A stretch of 53,234 nt of DNA from an uncultured Candidatus Saccharibacteria bacterium (GCA_964366875.1 CAYIVF010000002.1:1-53234), one strand, 5' to 3'. Positions 38,002 through 46,384 are shown, counted from the stretch's first letter. Made by a program: numbers and translations. Notes: generated by a model not told the origin, from the sequence alone.

Positions 38002-38439
38002 ATGAAATATATAGAGTTAAAACATAAAAATGGACCAGTTATCAGATTCCGTCTTTACGAGAACAACTCGCCGGCTACTTGCAAAGCTTTTATCGATGCA
38101 CTTCCCTTTAATGCCAAAGCTGTCCAAGCAAGATTTGCAGGAGAGGAAATTTGGATACAAAAAGGGCCTTATTTAAAAATTAATCAAGAAAATGCCACTA
38201 TACTTTTAAAACCTGGTGAGTTAGGCTATGCGTCCCCAAACAAAAAAAGTGAAATTGGGCAAAGCATAGCTATAGTTTATGGAGAGGCGAAACTTTCAGG
38301 CCGTGTTAATGTTTTTGCCATGGTTTTTAAAGAAGATTTTAAAAAACTGCAAAAACTTGGCGAAAAAATATGGCTTGGGGGCAGTAGAGTTTTACGTTTT
38401 GAACTTAAGGAAAAAAAGAAGCGACATGAAAGTATCTAA
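38002..38439 (+). CDS. cyclophilin-like-fold protein (DUF3830-like)
   Basis: The 145-aa product has ENNSPATCKAFIDALPFNAKAVQARFAGEEIWI, resembling DUF3830 family N-termini. Confidence 0.45.
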   Translation: MKYIELKHKNGPVIRFRLYENNSPATCKAFIDALPFNAKAVQARFAGEEIWIQKGPYLKINQENATILLKPGELGYASPNKKSEIGQSIAIVYGEAKLSGRVNVFAMVFKEDFKKLQKLGEKIWLGGSRVLRFELKEKKKRHESI

Positions 38440-39322
38440 AATAATAATTTTAGTTTTGATAATCGCGGCGTTTGGAGCGGGTATATATTTTAAAGACGAT
38501 GCCATAAGGCTTTATAATTCCGCCAGCTGGCGGATTAATAAACAAGTTCAGGATTTTAAGAAAACAGAAATCGGAACTCTGATAACAGAGGCTGGCAAAG
38601 AGATTTTTACTCCGCCTCCGCTGAATATCGGCGGAGGACCCAAAGGGTACCCCACCAATGTTGTTTTACTGAAAAGCAAGGTGATTGAAGAAACCAACAT
38701 TCAGAGAGAAATAAACGGATTGCCAGTCCTAAAAGAAAATGCACAGCTTGATAATGCAGCTTCAGCTAAAGCCAATGATATGTTCCAAAACCAGTATTTT
38801 GAGCACACGTCTCCTGCGGGTATTGACGCTGGTAAGTTAGTACAGAGTTACGGATATGATTACATAATTGCCGGGGAAAATTTAATTTTAGGGAATTTTT
38901 CCAGTGAAAAAGAAGTGGTTTCAGATTGGATGGCAAGCTCGGGGCATAGAGCAAATATTTTAAATAATAGATACGCAGAAATAGGAGTGGCTGTTGTAAA
39001 AGGAACATATAAAGGCGAAAGTGTCTGGATTGGCGTGCAGGAGTTTGGGCTCCCCTTGTCTGCTTGCGCAGAGCCCGATGCTAGCTTAAAAGCAGAAATT
39101 GAGTCAGATAAAATGCAGCTAAATATTCTATCTTCGCAAATTGATGAAAAAAGAAGCGAAATCAACAGCGCAAATCCAAGAGCTGCGTATTATAGCCAAC
39201 TGGTTGATGACTATAATCAATCAGTTGAAAGTTATAACTCTTTAGCAGAAGCCGTAAAAATCCTTATCTCTCGCTTTAATAACCAGGTAAATATTTTTAA
39301 CCAGTGCGTCGCCGGCAAATAA
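38426..39322 (+). CDS. membrane-anchored CAP/SCP/PR1-like (YkwD-type) domain protein with a C-terminal coiled coil
   Basis: The start is set to MKVSKIIILVLIIAAFGAGIYF (a TM anchor). The CAP core reads NDMFQNQYFEHTSP...GENL...WMASSGHRANILNNRYAEIGVAV. Confidence 0.75.
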   Translation: MKVSKIIILVLIIAAFGAGIYFKDDAIRLYNSASWRINKQVQDFKKTEIGTLITEAGKEIFTPPPLNIGGGPKGYPTNVVLLKSKVIEETNIQREINGLPVLKENAQLDNAASAKANDMFQNQYFEHTSPAGIDAGKLVQSYGYDYIIAGENLILGNFSSEKEVVSDWMASSGHRANILNNRYAEIGVAVVKGTYKGESVWIGVQEFGLPLSACAEPDASLKAEIESDKMQLNILSSQIDEKRSEINSANPRAAYYSQLVDDYNQSVESYNSLAEAVKILISRFNNQVNIFNQCVAGK

Positions 39323-39323
39323 C

Positions 39324-39866
39324 ATGAAAATTAATATTGGGTCAAAAAATAAAGTAAAAATTGAGGCGGTCAGCGAATTGCTGAAAGATTATTCTGATTT
39401 TAAAGATGCAGAGATTATCTCAATTGAGGTTGATTCTGGGGTTTCTCCTCAGCCAAAATCATTGGACGAAGCAATCGCTGGAGCTATTAAAAGAGCAAAA
39501 AAATCTTTTATCGCATGCGATTATAGTTTTGGCATAGAATCTGGATTAATGAAGGTTCCCGAAACTAAAACAGGATATATGGACGTTACTTGCTCTGCAA
39601 TTTTCGACGGTAAAAACATTCATTTAGGATTATCCTCTGCTTTTGAATTTCCGCCAAAAGTAATAAAATATATTTTTGAGAAAGATGAAAATGCGAGCGT
39701 TGCTTTTAGAGAGTTGGGACTTACAAAAAGTGAGTATATAGGATATGAAGAGGGTATCATAGGAGTTTTAACAAAAAATAAGATAACAAGAAAGCAATAC
39801 ACAAAAGAAGCTATAAGAATGGCATTAATTCATTTAGAAAATAAAAAATTATATGAAATACAATAA
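39324..39866 (+). CDS. yjjX: inosine/xanthosine triphosphatase (YjjX / DUF84 NTPase)
   Basis: VDSGVSPQPKSLDEAIAGAIKRA and EGIIGVLTKNKITRKQY align with E. coli YjjX (VESGVPEQP..., GAIGVFTAGKLTR). Confidence 0.75.
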   Translation: MKINIGSKNKVKIEAVSELLKDYSDFKDAEIISIEVDSGVSPQPKSLDEAIAGAIKRAKKSFIACDYSFGIESGLMKVPETKTGYMDVTCSAIFDGKNIHLGLSSAFEFPPKVIKYIFEKDENASVAFRELGLTKSEYIGYEEGIIGVLTKNKITRKQYTKEAIRMALIHLENKKLYEIQ

Positions 39867-40155
39867 ATTAGTCAGGGATAAAATACCGGAATATATAAAA
39901 AGCAAGGGCGGGACGCCAATAACTCATATCGCAGACGATAAGGAATACTGGCAGAAGTTAAAAGAAAAATTACAGGAAGAAATAAATGAATTTGCAGAAG
40001 CTGAAACCATTGAAGAGATGGCGGATATTTTGGAAGTTGTTGATGCGATATGCGATTATAAAAAATTTAATAAAGACGAACTGGAAAAAACAAAAAATAA
40101 AAAAGCGCAAGAACGAGGAAAATTTGAGGATAAAATAATTTTAGAAGAGTCATAA
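39853..40155 (+). CDS. MazG-like all-alpha nucleotide pyrophosphohydrolase
   Basis: The 100-aa product has YNKLVRDKIPEYI...KLQEEINEF...EEMADILEV, an EExxE...D-type metal motif. Confidence 0.65.
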   Translation: MKYNKLVRDKIPEYIKSKGGTPITHIADDKEYWQKLKEKLQEEINEFAEAETIEEMADILEVVDAICDYKKFNKDELEKTKNKKAQERGKFEDKIILEES

Positions 40156-40157
40156 AA

Positions 40158-40640
40158 ATGAAAATTGCGATTGTTTCAGATACGCATAATAATTGGGTTA
40201 ATTTTAAAAAAGCGATTGATTGGATAAATAAAGAAAAAATCCAATTAATTTTGCATTGCGGAGATATAAACAGCAGAGAGATAATAGACAATGCGCAGAA
40301 ATTATTTAACGGAGAAATAAAATATGTAAAAGGAAATGCCGATTATGGCTTAGAGATTCCCGGCAAAATGGAAATTGAGTTGGAAAATAAAAAAATCGCA
40401 CTCACACATTTTCCGAGTGAAGCAAAAAAAATGGCGCAGTCGCGGAACCCTTCGAGAGCCTTAGGGCAAGAATATGATTTAGTTTTTTACGGCCACACGC
40501 ACAGGCCATGGGAAGAGAAAGTAGGGGATTGCCGGCTTATAAATCCCGGCGAACTCGCCGGCCAGTTTTATAAACCTTCTTTTGCAGTTTACGATACCGT
40601 CACGGGCAATTTGGAACTAAAAATTTTAGAAAAATTATAG
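40158..40640 (+). CDS. YfcE/MJ0936-family metallophosphoesterase
   Basis: IAIVSDTHNN, HCGDI, GNADY and YGHTH are present. Confidence 0.85.
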   Translation: MKIAIVSDTHNNWVNFKKAIDWINKEKIQLILHCGDINSREIIDNAQKLFNGEIKYVKGNADYGLEIPGKMEIELENKKIALTHFPSEAKKMAQSRNPSRALGQEYDLVFYGHTHRPWEEKVGDCRLINPGELAGQFYKPSFAVYDTVTGNLELKILEKL

Positions 40641-40669
40641 CTTTCTCCTTGGCGAAGCCAAGGAGACGC
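40618..40669 (+). repeat. direct repeat copy 1 (last 7 codons plus stop of the phosphoesterase gene, plus hairpin)
   Basis: The sequence is taaaaattttagaaaaattatagctttctccttggcgaagccaaggagacgc. It shares 47/52 nt with 41359-41410. Confidence 0.9.
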
Positions 40670-40801
40670 CGTGTTAACCTAGTTTTTTAATTTGACTAAC
40701 AAGTTTTTATGATATAAGGTGCAAATAAGAGCGAAAGGCGTTCTTTTGCTCCCGCAGAGGGATCTGCGTTGATATTTTACATCAGAATAAGGGGAACCAT
40801 C

Positions 40802-41326
40802 GTGGAAGGCGATAGAACTCATACGAAAGAGCACATTAAGGCTTTCTTCGCCGTCACCGAAACGTCAGTGTATCTGGCGAGAATCGGCACTGACAATCCC
40901 AAGGAAGCCGTCCCAGCGCTTGTCAAAATCGCCGTGAGAGGAGATAGCGCAGTTCCGGTTGGAAAAACTATCTCCAACGGCACGATGATTGCAGTGTGCA
41001 GAGGCCTTGTAGTGTTCATGCCAGAGGGCAGCGGCCGACAATCTCCAGCTTCAACATATGAGCGGGAGATTGCGCGAGTGAACATACTCTATCACGGAGG
41101 AGGCACCTCGCTAATCGTTGCCTTATTTCTGAATGAAACCGATGCGCTTGCTTGCAGCGGCATGCCAAATCTGCAGCCCTGCGATCCGCGATGGAAAGAA
41201 AAAACCATCGCAACGCTAAAAGCGATTGGCGAAAATCATCCGTACTGTTCGATATCCACTTGGCCAGATTTATGGCTCATTCCGCCATCGGAATGGATGG
41301 ACATCGCCAACGCTAAGAAACAATAA
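40802..41326 (+). CDS. hypothetical protein on a GC-richer cassette
   Basis: The ORF is open from 40769 (TTG). GTG at 40802 is preferred because aagggg lies 7 nt upstream. No family was recognised. The first 60 nt contain 29 G+C, against 16/60 at the start of the flanking phosphoesterase gene. Confidence 0.45.
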   Translation: MEGDRTHTKEHIKAFFAVTETSVYLARIGTDNPKEAVPALVKIAVRGDSAVPVGKTISNGTMIAVCRGLVVFMPEGSGRQSPASTYEREIARVNILYHGGGTSLIVALFLNETDALACSGMPNLQPCDPRWKEKTIATLKAIGENHPYCSISTWPDLWLIPPSEWMDIANAKKQ

Positions 41327-41358
41327 GGGCATCCCTCCCGGGCTGTCTTTTTTATTTA

Positions 41359-41410
41359 TAAAAATTTTAGAAAAATTATAATTTTCTCCTTGGCTTCGCC
41401 AAGGAGACGC
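41359..41410 (+). repeat. direct repeat copy 2 (orphan duplicate of the phosphoesterase 3' end plus hairpin)
   Basis: The sequence is taaaaattttagaaaaattataattttctccttggcttcgccaaggagacgc. It still reads ...KILEKL*. The hairpin loop gaa in copy 1 is ttc here, the exact reverse complement. Confidence 0.9.
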
Positions 41411-41428
41411 GTCTAATTTTTAAAACAA

Positions 41429-41457
41429 TTGACTATTTTGGGAGCAGGGGATATAAT
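41429..41457 (+). promoter_or_regulatory. consensus sigma70-type promoter of secD
   Basis: TTGACT-17 nt-TATAAT, 24 nt upstream of the secD ATG. Confidence 0.6.
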
Positions 41458-41481
41458 AAAAAATACTTTTTTTAATACAAA

Positions 41482-42903
41482 ATGCAGCAGAAGTATTATA
41501 TTTTTATTGGCGTGATAATCTTGGCTGTTTTGGCTGGGATTTTTTCATACCCCAATTATTTTAATAAAGGAATTGATTTTTTAAATAATAAATTTTCATG
41601 GACTTTGCCTCATTTCTGGCAAAAACCCTATGTTTTAGGCCTTGATTTGCAGGGCGGAGTCAATCTTGTATACCAAGCCGACTTAAGCCAGGTACAAGAC
41701 AAATCAGGGTCTATGGCTGGACTTAGAGACGTAATTGAAAGAAGGGTTAACTTATTCGGGGTGTCGGAGCCCGTAGTGCAGGTGCAAGGCCAAGACAGAT
41801 TATTGGTTGAATTGCCAGGAGTTAAAGACGTAAAACAAGCAATAGAAATGATAGGCCAAACGCCTTATTTAGAGTTTGACGAACAAAGAACAGAGCCAGA
41901 AACCCAGCAGATTTTAGACAAAATAAAAGAATTGCAGGCGGCTCAAGAAAAAAAAGAAGATATTACAAAAATAAAAGACTGGCGGATAGCATTGGAAAAT
42001 CCGTATTTTAAACCAACAGAGCTTACAGGAAAATACTTGCAGAAAGCAACAATTATTTTTGACCAGACAACTTACAAGCCCCAGATACAATTGCAGTTTA
42101 ATGACGAGGGAGCCAAGTTGTTTGAAGAAATCACGGCAAGAAACATTAAAAAACCTATAGCGATTTATTTAGACGGCGCGTCTATTGTTGATACTAATGG
42201 AGATAGTAAAATTGACAATCAGGATTTATACGCCCCTATTGTGCAAGATAAAATATCAGGAGGCAAGGCAGTGATTACAGGCGACATGTCAACGCAAAAG
42301 GCCAACGAAATTGCCAGGCGCTTAAACTCAGGGGCCTTGCCGGTAAAAATAGGAACTCCCATTTCGCAAGAAACCGTAGGGCCTACTTTGGGAGCAGTTT
42401 CTCTGCAAAAGTCTTTAATCGCAGCTATTTACGGGCTTTTGGCAATTATATTATTTATGATATTAATTTACAGATTACCCGGGCTTTTAGCTTCTGTTGC
42501 CTTATTAATATATGTTGCCTTGGTGCTTTCAATATTCAAACTAATTCCAGTTACTTTAACCCTAGCTGGCATCGGAGGCTTTATACTTTCCATTGGCATG
42601 GCGGTTGACGCCAACATACTTATCTTTGCCAGAATGAAAGAAGAAATAAAACAGGGCAAGAGCTTAGCTGGGGCAATTGACGAAGGGTTCAAACGCGCCT
42701 GGCCGTCAATAAGAGACAGCAACTTTAATTCTTTGATTGTTTGCGCCATCTTGTTTATGTTTGCCACATCCTTTATCAAGGGTTTTGCCCTAACATTGTC
42801 TTTAGGTATTATATTAAGCTTGTTTTCAGCTATATTTATAACCAGGATTTTTTTGATGGTTTTTGTGGGGCCAAGATTAGAAAAATTTAAATGGCTTTTG
42901 TAA
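41482..42903 (+). CDS. secD: protein-export membrane protein SecD
   Basis: LGLDLQGGV, RVNLFGVSEPVVQ, IGQTPYLEF and the C-terminal six-TM region with AVDANILIFARMKEE are present. Confidence 0.92.
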   Translation: MQQKYYIFIGVIILAVLAGIFSYPNYFNKGIDFLNNKFSWTLPHFWQKPYVLGLDLQGGVNLVYQADLSQVQDKSGSMAGLRDVIERRVNLFGVSEPVVQVQGQDRLLVELPGVKDVKQAIEMIGQTPYLEFDEQRTEPETQQILDKIKELQAAQEKKEDITKIKDWRIALENPYFKPTELTGKYLQKATIIFDQTTYKPQIQLQFNDEGAKLFEEITARNIKKPIAIYLDGASIVDTNGDSKIDNQDLYAPIVQDKISGGKAVITGDMSTQKANEIARRLNSGALPVKIGTPISQETVGPTLGAVSLQKSLIAAIYGLLAIILFMILIYRLPGLLASVALLIYVALVLSIFKLIPVTLTLAGIGGFILSIGMAVDANILIFARMKEEIKQGKSLAGAIDEGFKRAWPSIRDSNFNSLIVCAILFMFATSFIKGFALTLSLGIILSLFSAIFITRIFLMVFVGPRLEKFKWLL

Positions 42904-42916
42904 CTATAAAATATTA

Positions 42917-43384
42917 ATGGCCAAGAAATGTGATCATAAGAGCGTTGGAATGTTGATTTGGAAGGAAGGAAAACTCCTTCTTATCGAAAGAAAAAAACCG
43001 CCATTTGGTTTTGCACCGCCTGCAGGGCACATTGACGGGGATTTAACTTTTGAAGATGCCGTAAAACGCGAACTAAAAGAGGAAGTTGGATTAAACACAA
43101 AAAGTATTGAATTAGTTATAGAAGGCAGGAAAGAAAATCATTGCAGAAGAGAAGATGGGACGTGGCACTATTGGAAAATATATAAAGTAGATGCTAATGG
43201 AGAAGTTCTTGCGAATCAGGACGAAACAAAACAGGTGGGTTGGTATGATAAAGTACAAATCAATATGCTCGCTAAAAAAACCGAGAAATATATTAAAGGC
43301 GAAATTACAGAAGATTCATGGCAGAAATCGCCAGGTATAGAACCCGTCTGGTATGAATGGTTTTTGCAATTAAAAATAATTTGA
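42917..43384 (+). CDS. NUDIX-family hydrolase (variant Nudix box)
   Basis: GHIDGDLTFEDAVKRELKEEVGL carries REUxEExGU intact, but the upstream Glu position is Leu. Confidence 0.7.
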   Translation: MAKKCDHKSVGMLIWKEGKLLLIERKKPPFGFAPPAGHIDGDLTFEDAVKRELKEEVGLNTKSIELVIEGRKENHCRREDGTWHYWKIYKVDANGEVLANQDETKQVGWYDKVQINMLAKKTEKYIKGEITEDSWQKSPGIEPVWYEWFLQLKII

Positions 43385-43388
43385 ATAT

Positions 43389-43820
43389 ATGAAAATTTAT
43401 ATTTGTGGGAGCATGCATTTTGCAAAAGAGATGGTTGAAACCAAAAAACTGCTAGAGAAAAATGGGTTTGAAGTTGATTTTGCACCAGACACATACGATT
43501 GTCTTAAAAATCCCAACTTAAAACTAAATGAGGACCTTGAGCATTGCGAAAGAACAGATATTATGAAAGCCTGCATGCATTTGCAGGAAAATTGTGACGC
43601 AGTGCTTATTCTAAATCACCCCAAAGAAGGGATAGATGGTTATATCGGGACTCACTCTCTAATAGAATTAGGTCTTGCATATTATTTAAAACAAAAAATA
43701 TTTCTGCTTTACCCGCCTCCGCCAAAAGAAGAAGCAAGATATCATGTTGAAGTTATGCATATGAAACCGATTATCCTTAATGGTGATATAAATAAAATAA
43801 AAGAATATTTAGTAAGCTAA
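43389..43820 (+). CDS. nucleoside 2-deoxyribosyltransferase / DNPH1(Rcl)-like protein, paralog 1
   Basis: MKIYICGSMHF and DAVLILNHPKEGIDGYIGTHSLIELGLAYYLKQKIFLL parallel the Rcl motifs IYFCGSIRGG and ...SLGVGYELGRA...ILCL (catalytic Glu in ELG). Confidence 0.55.
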   Translation: MKIYICGSMHFAKEMVETKKLLEKNGFEVDFAPDTYDCLKNPNLKLNEDLEHCERTDIMKACMHLQENCDAVLILNHPKEGIDGYIGTHSLIELGLAYYLKQKIFLLYPPPPKEEARYHVEVMHMKPIILNGDINKIKEYLVS

Positions 43821-43829
43821 AATTTTTTT

Positions 43830-44264
43830 ATGATAATCACACTTTGCGGAAGCGTAAAATTCGCCGATAAATTCGTTGAAACATATAATCTTTTGGAAAA
43901 AATGGGCCACGAGCCGAAGATGCACGAATTAATGTTTAAAATTGCTGATGGCACAGCTCCAGAGCTTATTGATAATATTTCTCGGGAGCATTGGTCGGCA
44001 AAAAGAAAGCACGGCTTTATAAAATGGTGGTATAATTCCATCAAAAACAGCGACGCAATTCTGGTTTTAAATTACGATAAAAAAGGAATAAAAAACTATA
44101 TTGGCGGGAATACTTTGATGGAAATGGGTTTCGCCCACGTAAACGATAAAAAAGTATTTTTGCTAAATCCGATGCCAGAAGAAGTTTCTTACGCAGATGA
44201 GATAAAAGCAATGACCGACAATATTTTGAATGGCGATTTGAGTAAAATTAATTTTGAAGCATGA
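43830..44264 (+). CDS. nucleoside 2-deoxyribosyltransferase / DNPH1(Rcl)-like protein, paralog 2
   Basis: MIITLCGSVKF and DAILVLNYDKKGIKNYIGGNTLMEMGFAHVNDKKVFLL give the same architecture as the upstream paralog. Confidence 0.55.
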   Translation: MIITLCGSVKFADKFVETYNLLEKMGHEPKMHELMFKIADGTAPELIDNISREHWSAKRKHGFIKWWYNSIKNSDAILVLNYDKKGIKNYIGGNTLMEMGFAHVNDKKVFLLNPMPEEVSYADEIKAMTDNILNGDLSKINFEA

Positions 44265-45160
44265 ATTTCAATTTTACAAAATATTCAATTGTCTATTATG
44301 TCATCTCCGGCATTTTAATTGCTGCTTCGGTTGTTTCTTTGTTTTTGTACGGCATTAAATTCGGGATTGAGTTTAACGGAGGCAGCAATATGGAAATAGA
44401 TTTCCAAGGTCAAAGGCCTTCAAACGAACAAATATCGCAGTCTTTGTCGCAATTTAATCTTGGAGAAATTATCATACAGCCCACGTCTAATAATGGAGCT
44501 GTTCTGCAGTTTAAGGGAGTAGACGAAGCGACTCACCAGCAAATTCTTTCTGAGTTAAATAAATTATCAGAAGTGCAGGAAAAAAGCTTTCAGTTTGTAG
44601 GTCCTTCTATCGGACAGGAATTAAGAAATAAAACAGAGCTTGCAATTGTTATAGCTTTGCTGGCAATAACTTTATACATTGCCTTTGCCTTCAGAAAAGT
44701 GTCGCGACCTGTTTCTTCCTGGAAATACGGTATTGCTTCTTTAATTGCTCTTTTTCACGACATTTTAATTCCTCTCGGCGTCTTTTCTATCTTGGGGCAT
44801 TTGTATAATGTAGAAATAACTATTCCTATTATTGCAGCCCTCTTAACTATTTTAGGTTTTTCAGTGCATGATACCATAGTTATCTTTGATAGAATAAGGG
44901 AAAACATTTTGAGAAGGGGAATGGGCCAGTTTGAAGAAACAGTGAACTGGAGTTTAAATCAAACAATCGGCAGGTCTATTAGCACTGTTTTGACGGTAGA
45001 ATTTGTTATGCTCTCACTTTACTTTTTCGGAGGAGAAACCTTAAAATACTTTGCATTGTCTTTAATAATAGGCATAACCTCTGGGGCTTATTCTTCTATA
45101 TTCATCGCCAGCCCATTATTGGTTAGCTGGTACAAATGGAGCGCAAGAAGGTCTGGTTAA
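44261..45160 (+). CDS. secF: protein-export membrane protein SecF
   Basis: GIEFNGGS, FVGPSIGQELR and SVHDTIVIFDRIREN are present, and the start overlaps the upstream stop as ATGA. Confidence 0.92.
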   Translation: MNFNFTKYSIVYYVISGILIAASVVSLFLYGIKFGIEFNGGSNMEIDFQGQRPSNEQISQSLSQFNLGEIIIQPTSNNGAVLQFKGVDEATHQQILSELNKLSEVQEKSFQFVGPSIGQELRNKTELAIVIALLAITLYIAFAFRKVSRPVSSWKYGIASLIALFHDILIPLGVFSILGHLYNVEITIPIIAALLTILGFSVHDTIVIFDRIRENILRRGMGQFEETVNWSLNQTIGRSISTVLTVEFVMLSLYFFGGETLKYFALSLIIGITSGAYSSIFIASPLLVSWYKWSARRSG

Positions 45161-45169
45161 AAGTATGGC

Positions 45170-45198
45170 TTGACAGGTATTTTTTGATATGGTAAACT
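45170..45198 (+). promoter_or_regulatory. sigma70-type promoter (extended -10)
   Basis: TTGACA-17 nt (ending in tgg)-TAAACT. Confidence 0.5.
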
Positions 45199-45217
45199 AT
45201 TAAAATAATGAATAAAT

Positions 45218-46258
45218 ATGGAAAAAGTTAACTACAAACAAATTTACCAAAAACTTACTAAAGGCCTTGGTCAAAAAACTAAGGATATTTTTGATCGCAG
45301 ATTTGGCGTCGGGGCACCCTCTGGGTCGGGCGAGCCCGAAACCCTTGAAGCTATTGGCCAGACCCTAGGCATTACTCGTGAAAGAGTGCGCCAAATAGAG
45401 GAAGTTGGTTTTAACTTTGTAAGAAAACAGAGCAAAGAGCTGTTAGACAATGTTTTTTCTGAATTTAACCTTTATTTTAAAAACAAAGGCGGGGTCAAAA
45501 AAGAAGACATTATTTTAGAGGAATTGGGAGGCAAAAATCAAAAACCTTATGTTTTGTTTTTACTTACTTTGGGAGACCAGTTTTTTAGAGTTTGCGAAAA
45601 AAAGGACTTTTACTATTTTTGGTCAACTATTCCTGATGCGCAGAATAAAGTAAAGGAAACCTTAAATTCTTTAGTGTCTGATATGCAGAAAATAGGAAAG
45701 CCAGTATCTAAAAAAGAGTTTTATGCAGCTCTTTCTCCAAAATTGGGATTTTCAGAAGAGGTCTTGGCTTCTTATCTTGAAGTTTCAAAAAAAATACAAA
45801 AAAACAAGGAAGGAAAATTAGGTTTAATTGAGTGGCCGGAAATAAAGCCCAGGGGAGTAAAGGATAAAGCCTTTTTAGTGTTTAAAAAGCATCAAAAGCC
45901 CCTTCATTTTACAAAAGTGGCAGAACTAATAGATAAGTTAGAGTACAACTTGCCAAACAAAAAAACCTATCCTCAAACAGTTCATAATGAATTAATAAAA
46001 GATTCAAGGTTTGTGCTGGTGGGCCGCGGAACTTATGCTTTAGCTGAATGGGGGTATGTACCTGGCACCATAAAAGACATAATTACAAAAGTTTTAAAAG
46101 AAAAGAAAGAGCCTACATGCAGGGACGATATTGTAAAAGAGGTGCTTTTGCAGAGATTGGTTGCTAAAAATACCGTATTGATGAATTTAAACAACAAAAA
46201 GCATTTTGCCAAAGATTCAAACGACAGGTATTTTTTAAGAAAAACCCAAACAGCGTAA
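45218..46258 (+). CDS. DNA-binding protein: sigma-70 region-4-like HTH plus a C-terminal HARE-HTH-like winged helix
   Basis: TLEAIGQTLGITRERVRQIEEVGFNFVRK is the region-4 signature. The C-terminal LHFTKVAELI...VHNELIKDSRFVLVGRGTYALAEWGY is HARE-HTH-like, as in the RNAP delta subunit. Confidence 0.6.
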   Translation: MEKVNYKQIYQKLTKGLGQKTKDIFDRRFGVGAPSGSGEPETLEAIGQTLGITRERVRQIEEVGFNFVRKQSKELLDNVFSEFNLYFKNKGGVKKEDIILEELGGKNQKPYVLFLLTLGDQFFRVCEKKDFYYFWSTIPDAQNKVKETLNSLVSDMQKIGKPVSKKEFYAALSPKLGFSEEVLASYLEVSKKIQKNKEGKLGLIEWPEIKPRGVKDKAFLVFKKHQKPLHFTKVAELIDKLEYNLPNKKTYPQTVHNELIKDSRFVLVGRGTYALAEWGYVPGTIKDIITKVLKEKKEPTCRDDIVKEVLLQRLVAKNTVLMNLNNKKHFAKDSNDRYFLRKTQTA

Positions 46259-46263
46259 AAACA

Positions 46264-46290
46264 AAAAATCCCGCCATGGCGGGATTTTTT
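46264..46290. terminator. perfect palindromic intrinsic terminator (bidirectional)
   Basis: aaaaaatcccgccatggcgggatttttt. Confidence 0.8.
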
Positions 46291-46299
46291 GTTGTATTG

Positions 46300-46384
46300 A
46301 CCCTTCACCTTTTCGTGGTTTGAGATACGTAAAGGGGGTAATTCTGTTAATCTGCCCTATTTTTATACCCAAAAGGTGAAGGGT
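46300..46384. repeat. 14-bp perfect inverted repeat enclosing 57 nt
   Basis: acccttcacctttt (46300-13) pairs with aaaaggtgaagggt (46371-84). The element lies between a terminator and the next promoter, whose -35 it touches. Confidence 0.85.

Noticed and set aside
38279-38425. The upstream part of the 347-aa ORF overlapping the DUF3830-like gene. The same applies to 4123-4143, 5091-5105, 11226-11324, 20638-20667 and 28049-28060.
   Set aside because: In each case an internal ATG lies right after or overlaps the upstream stop. It yields a canonical N-terminus (TM anchor, Rossmann GxGxxG or signal peptide), so the longer starts are artefacts of longest-ORF calling.
40618-41410. The cassette with a hairpin, considered as an integron gene cassette (attC) or IS/MITE.
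   Set aside because: No IntI-type integrase or transposase is present, I found no GTTRRRY core at the boundaries, and there are no terminal inverted repeats with target-site duplication. The repeats are direct and duplicate a gene 3' end.
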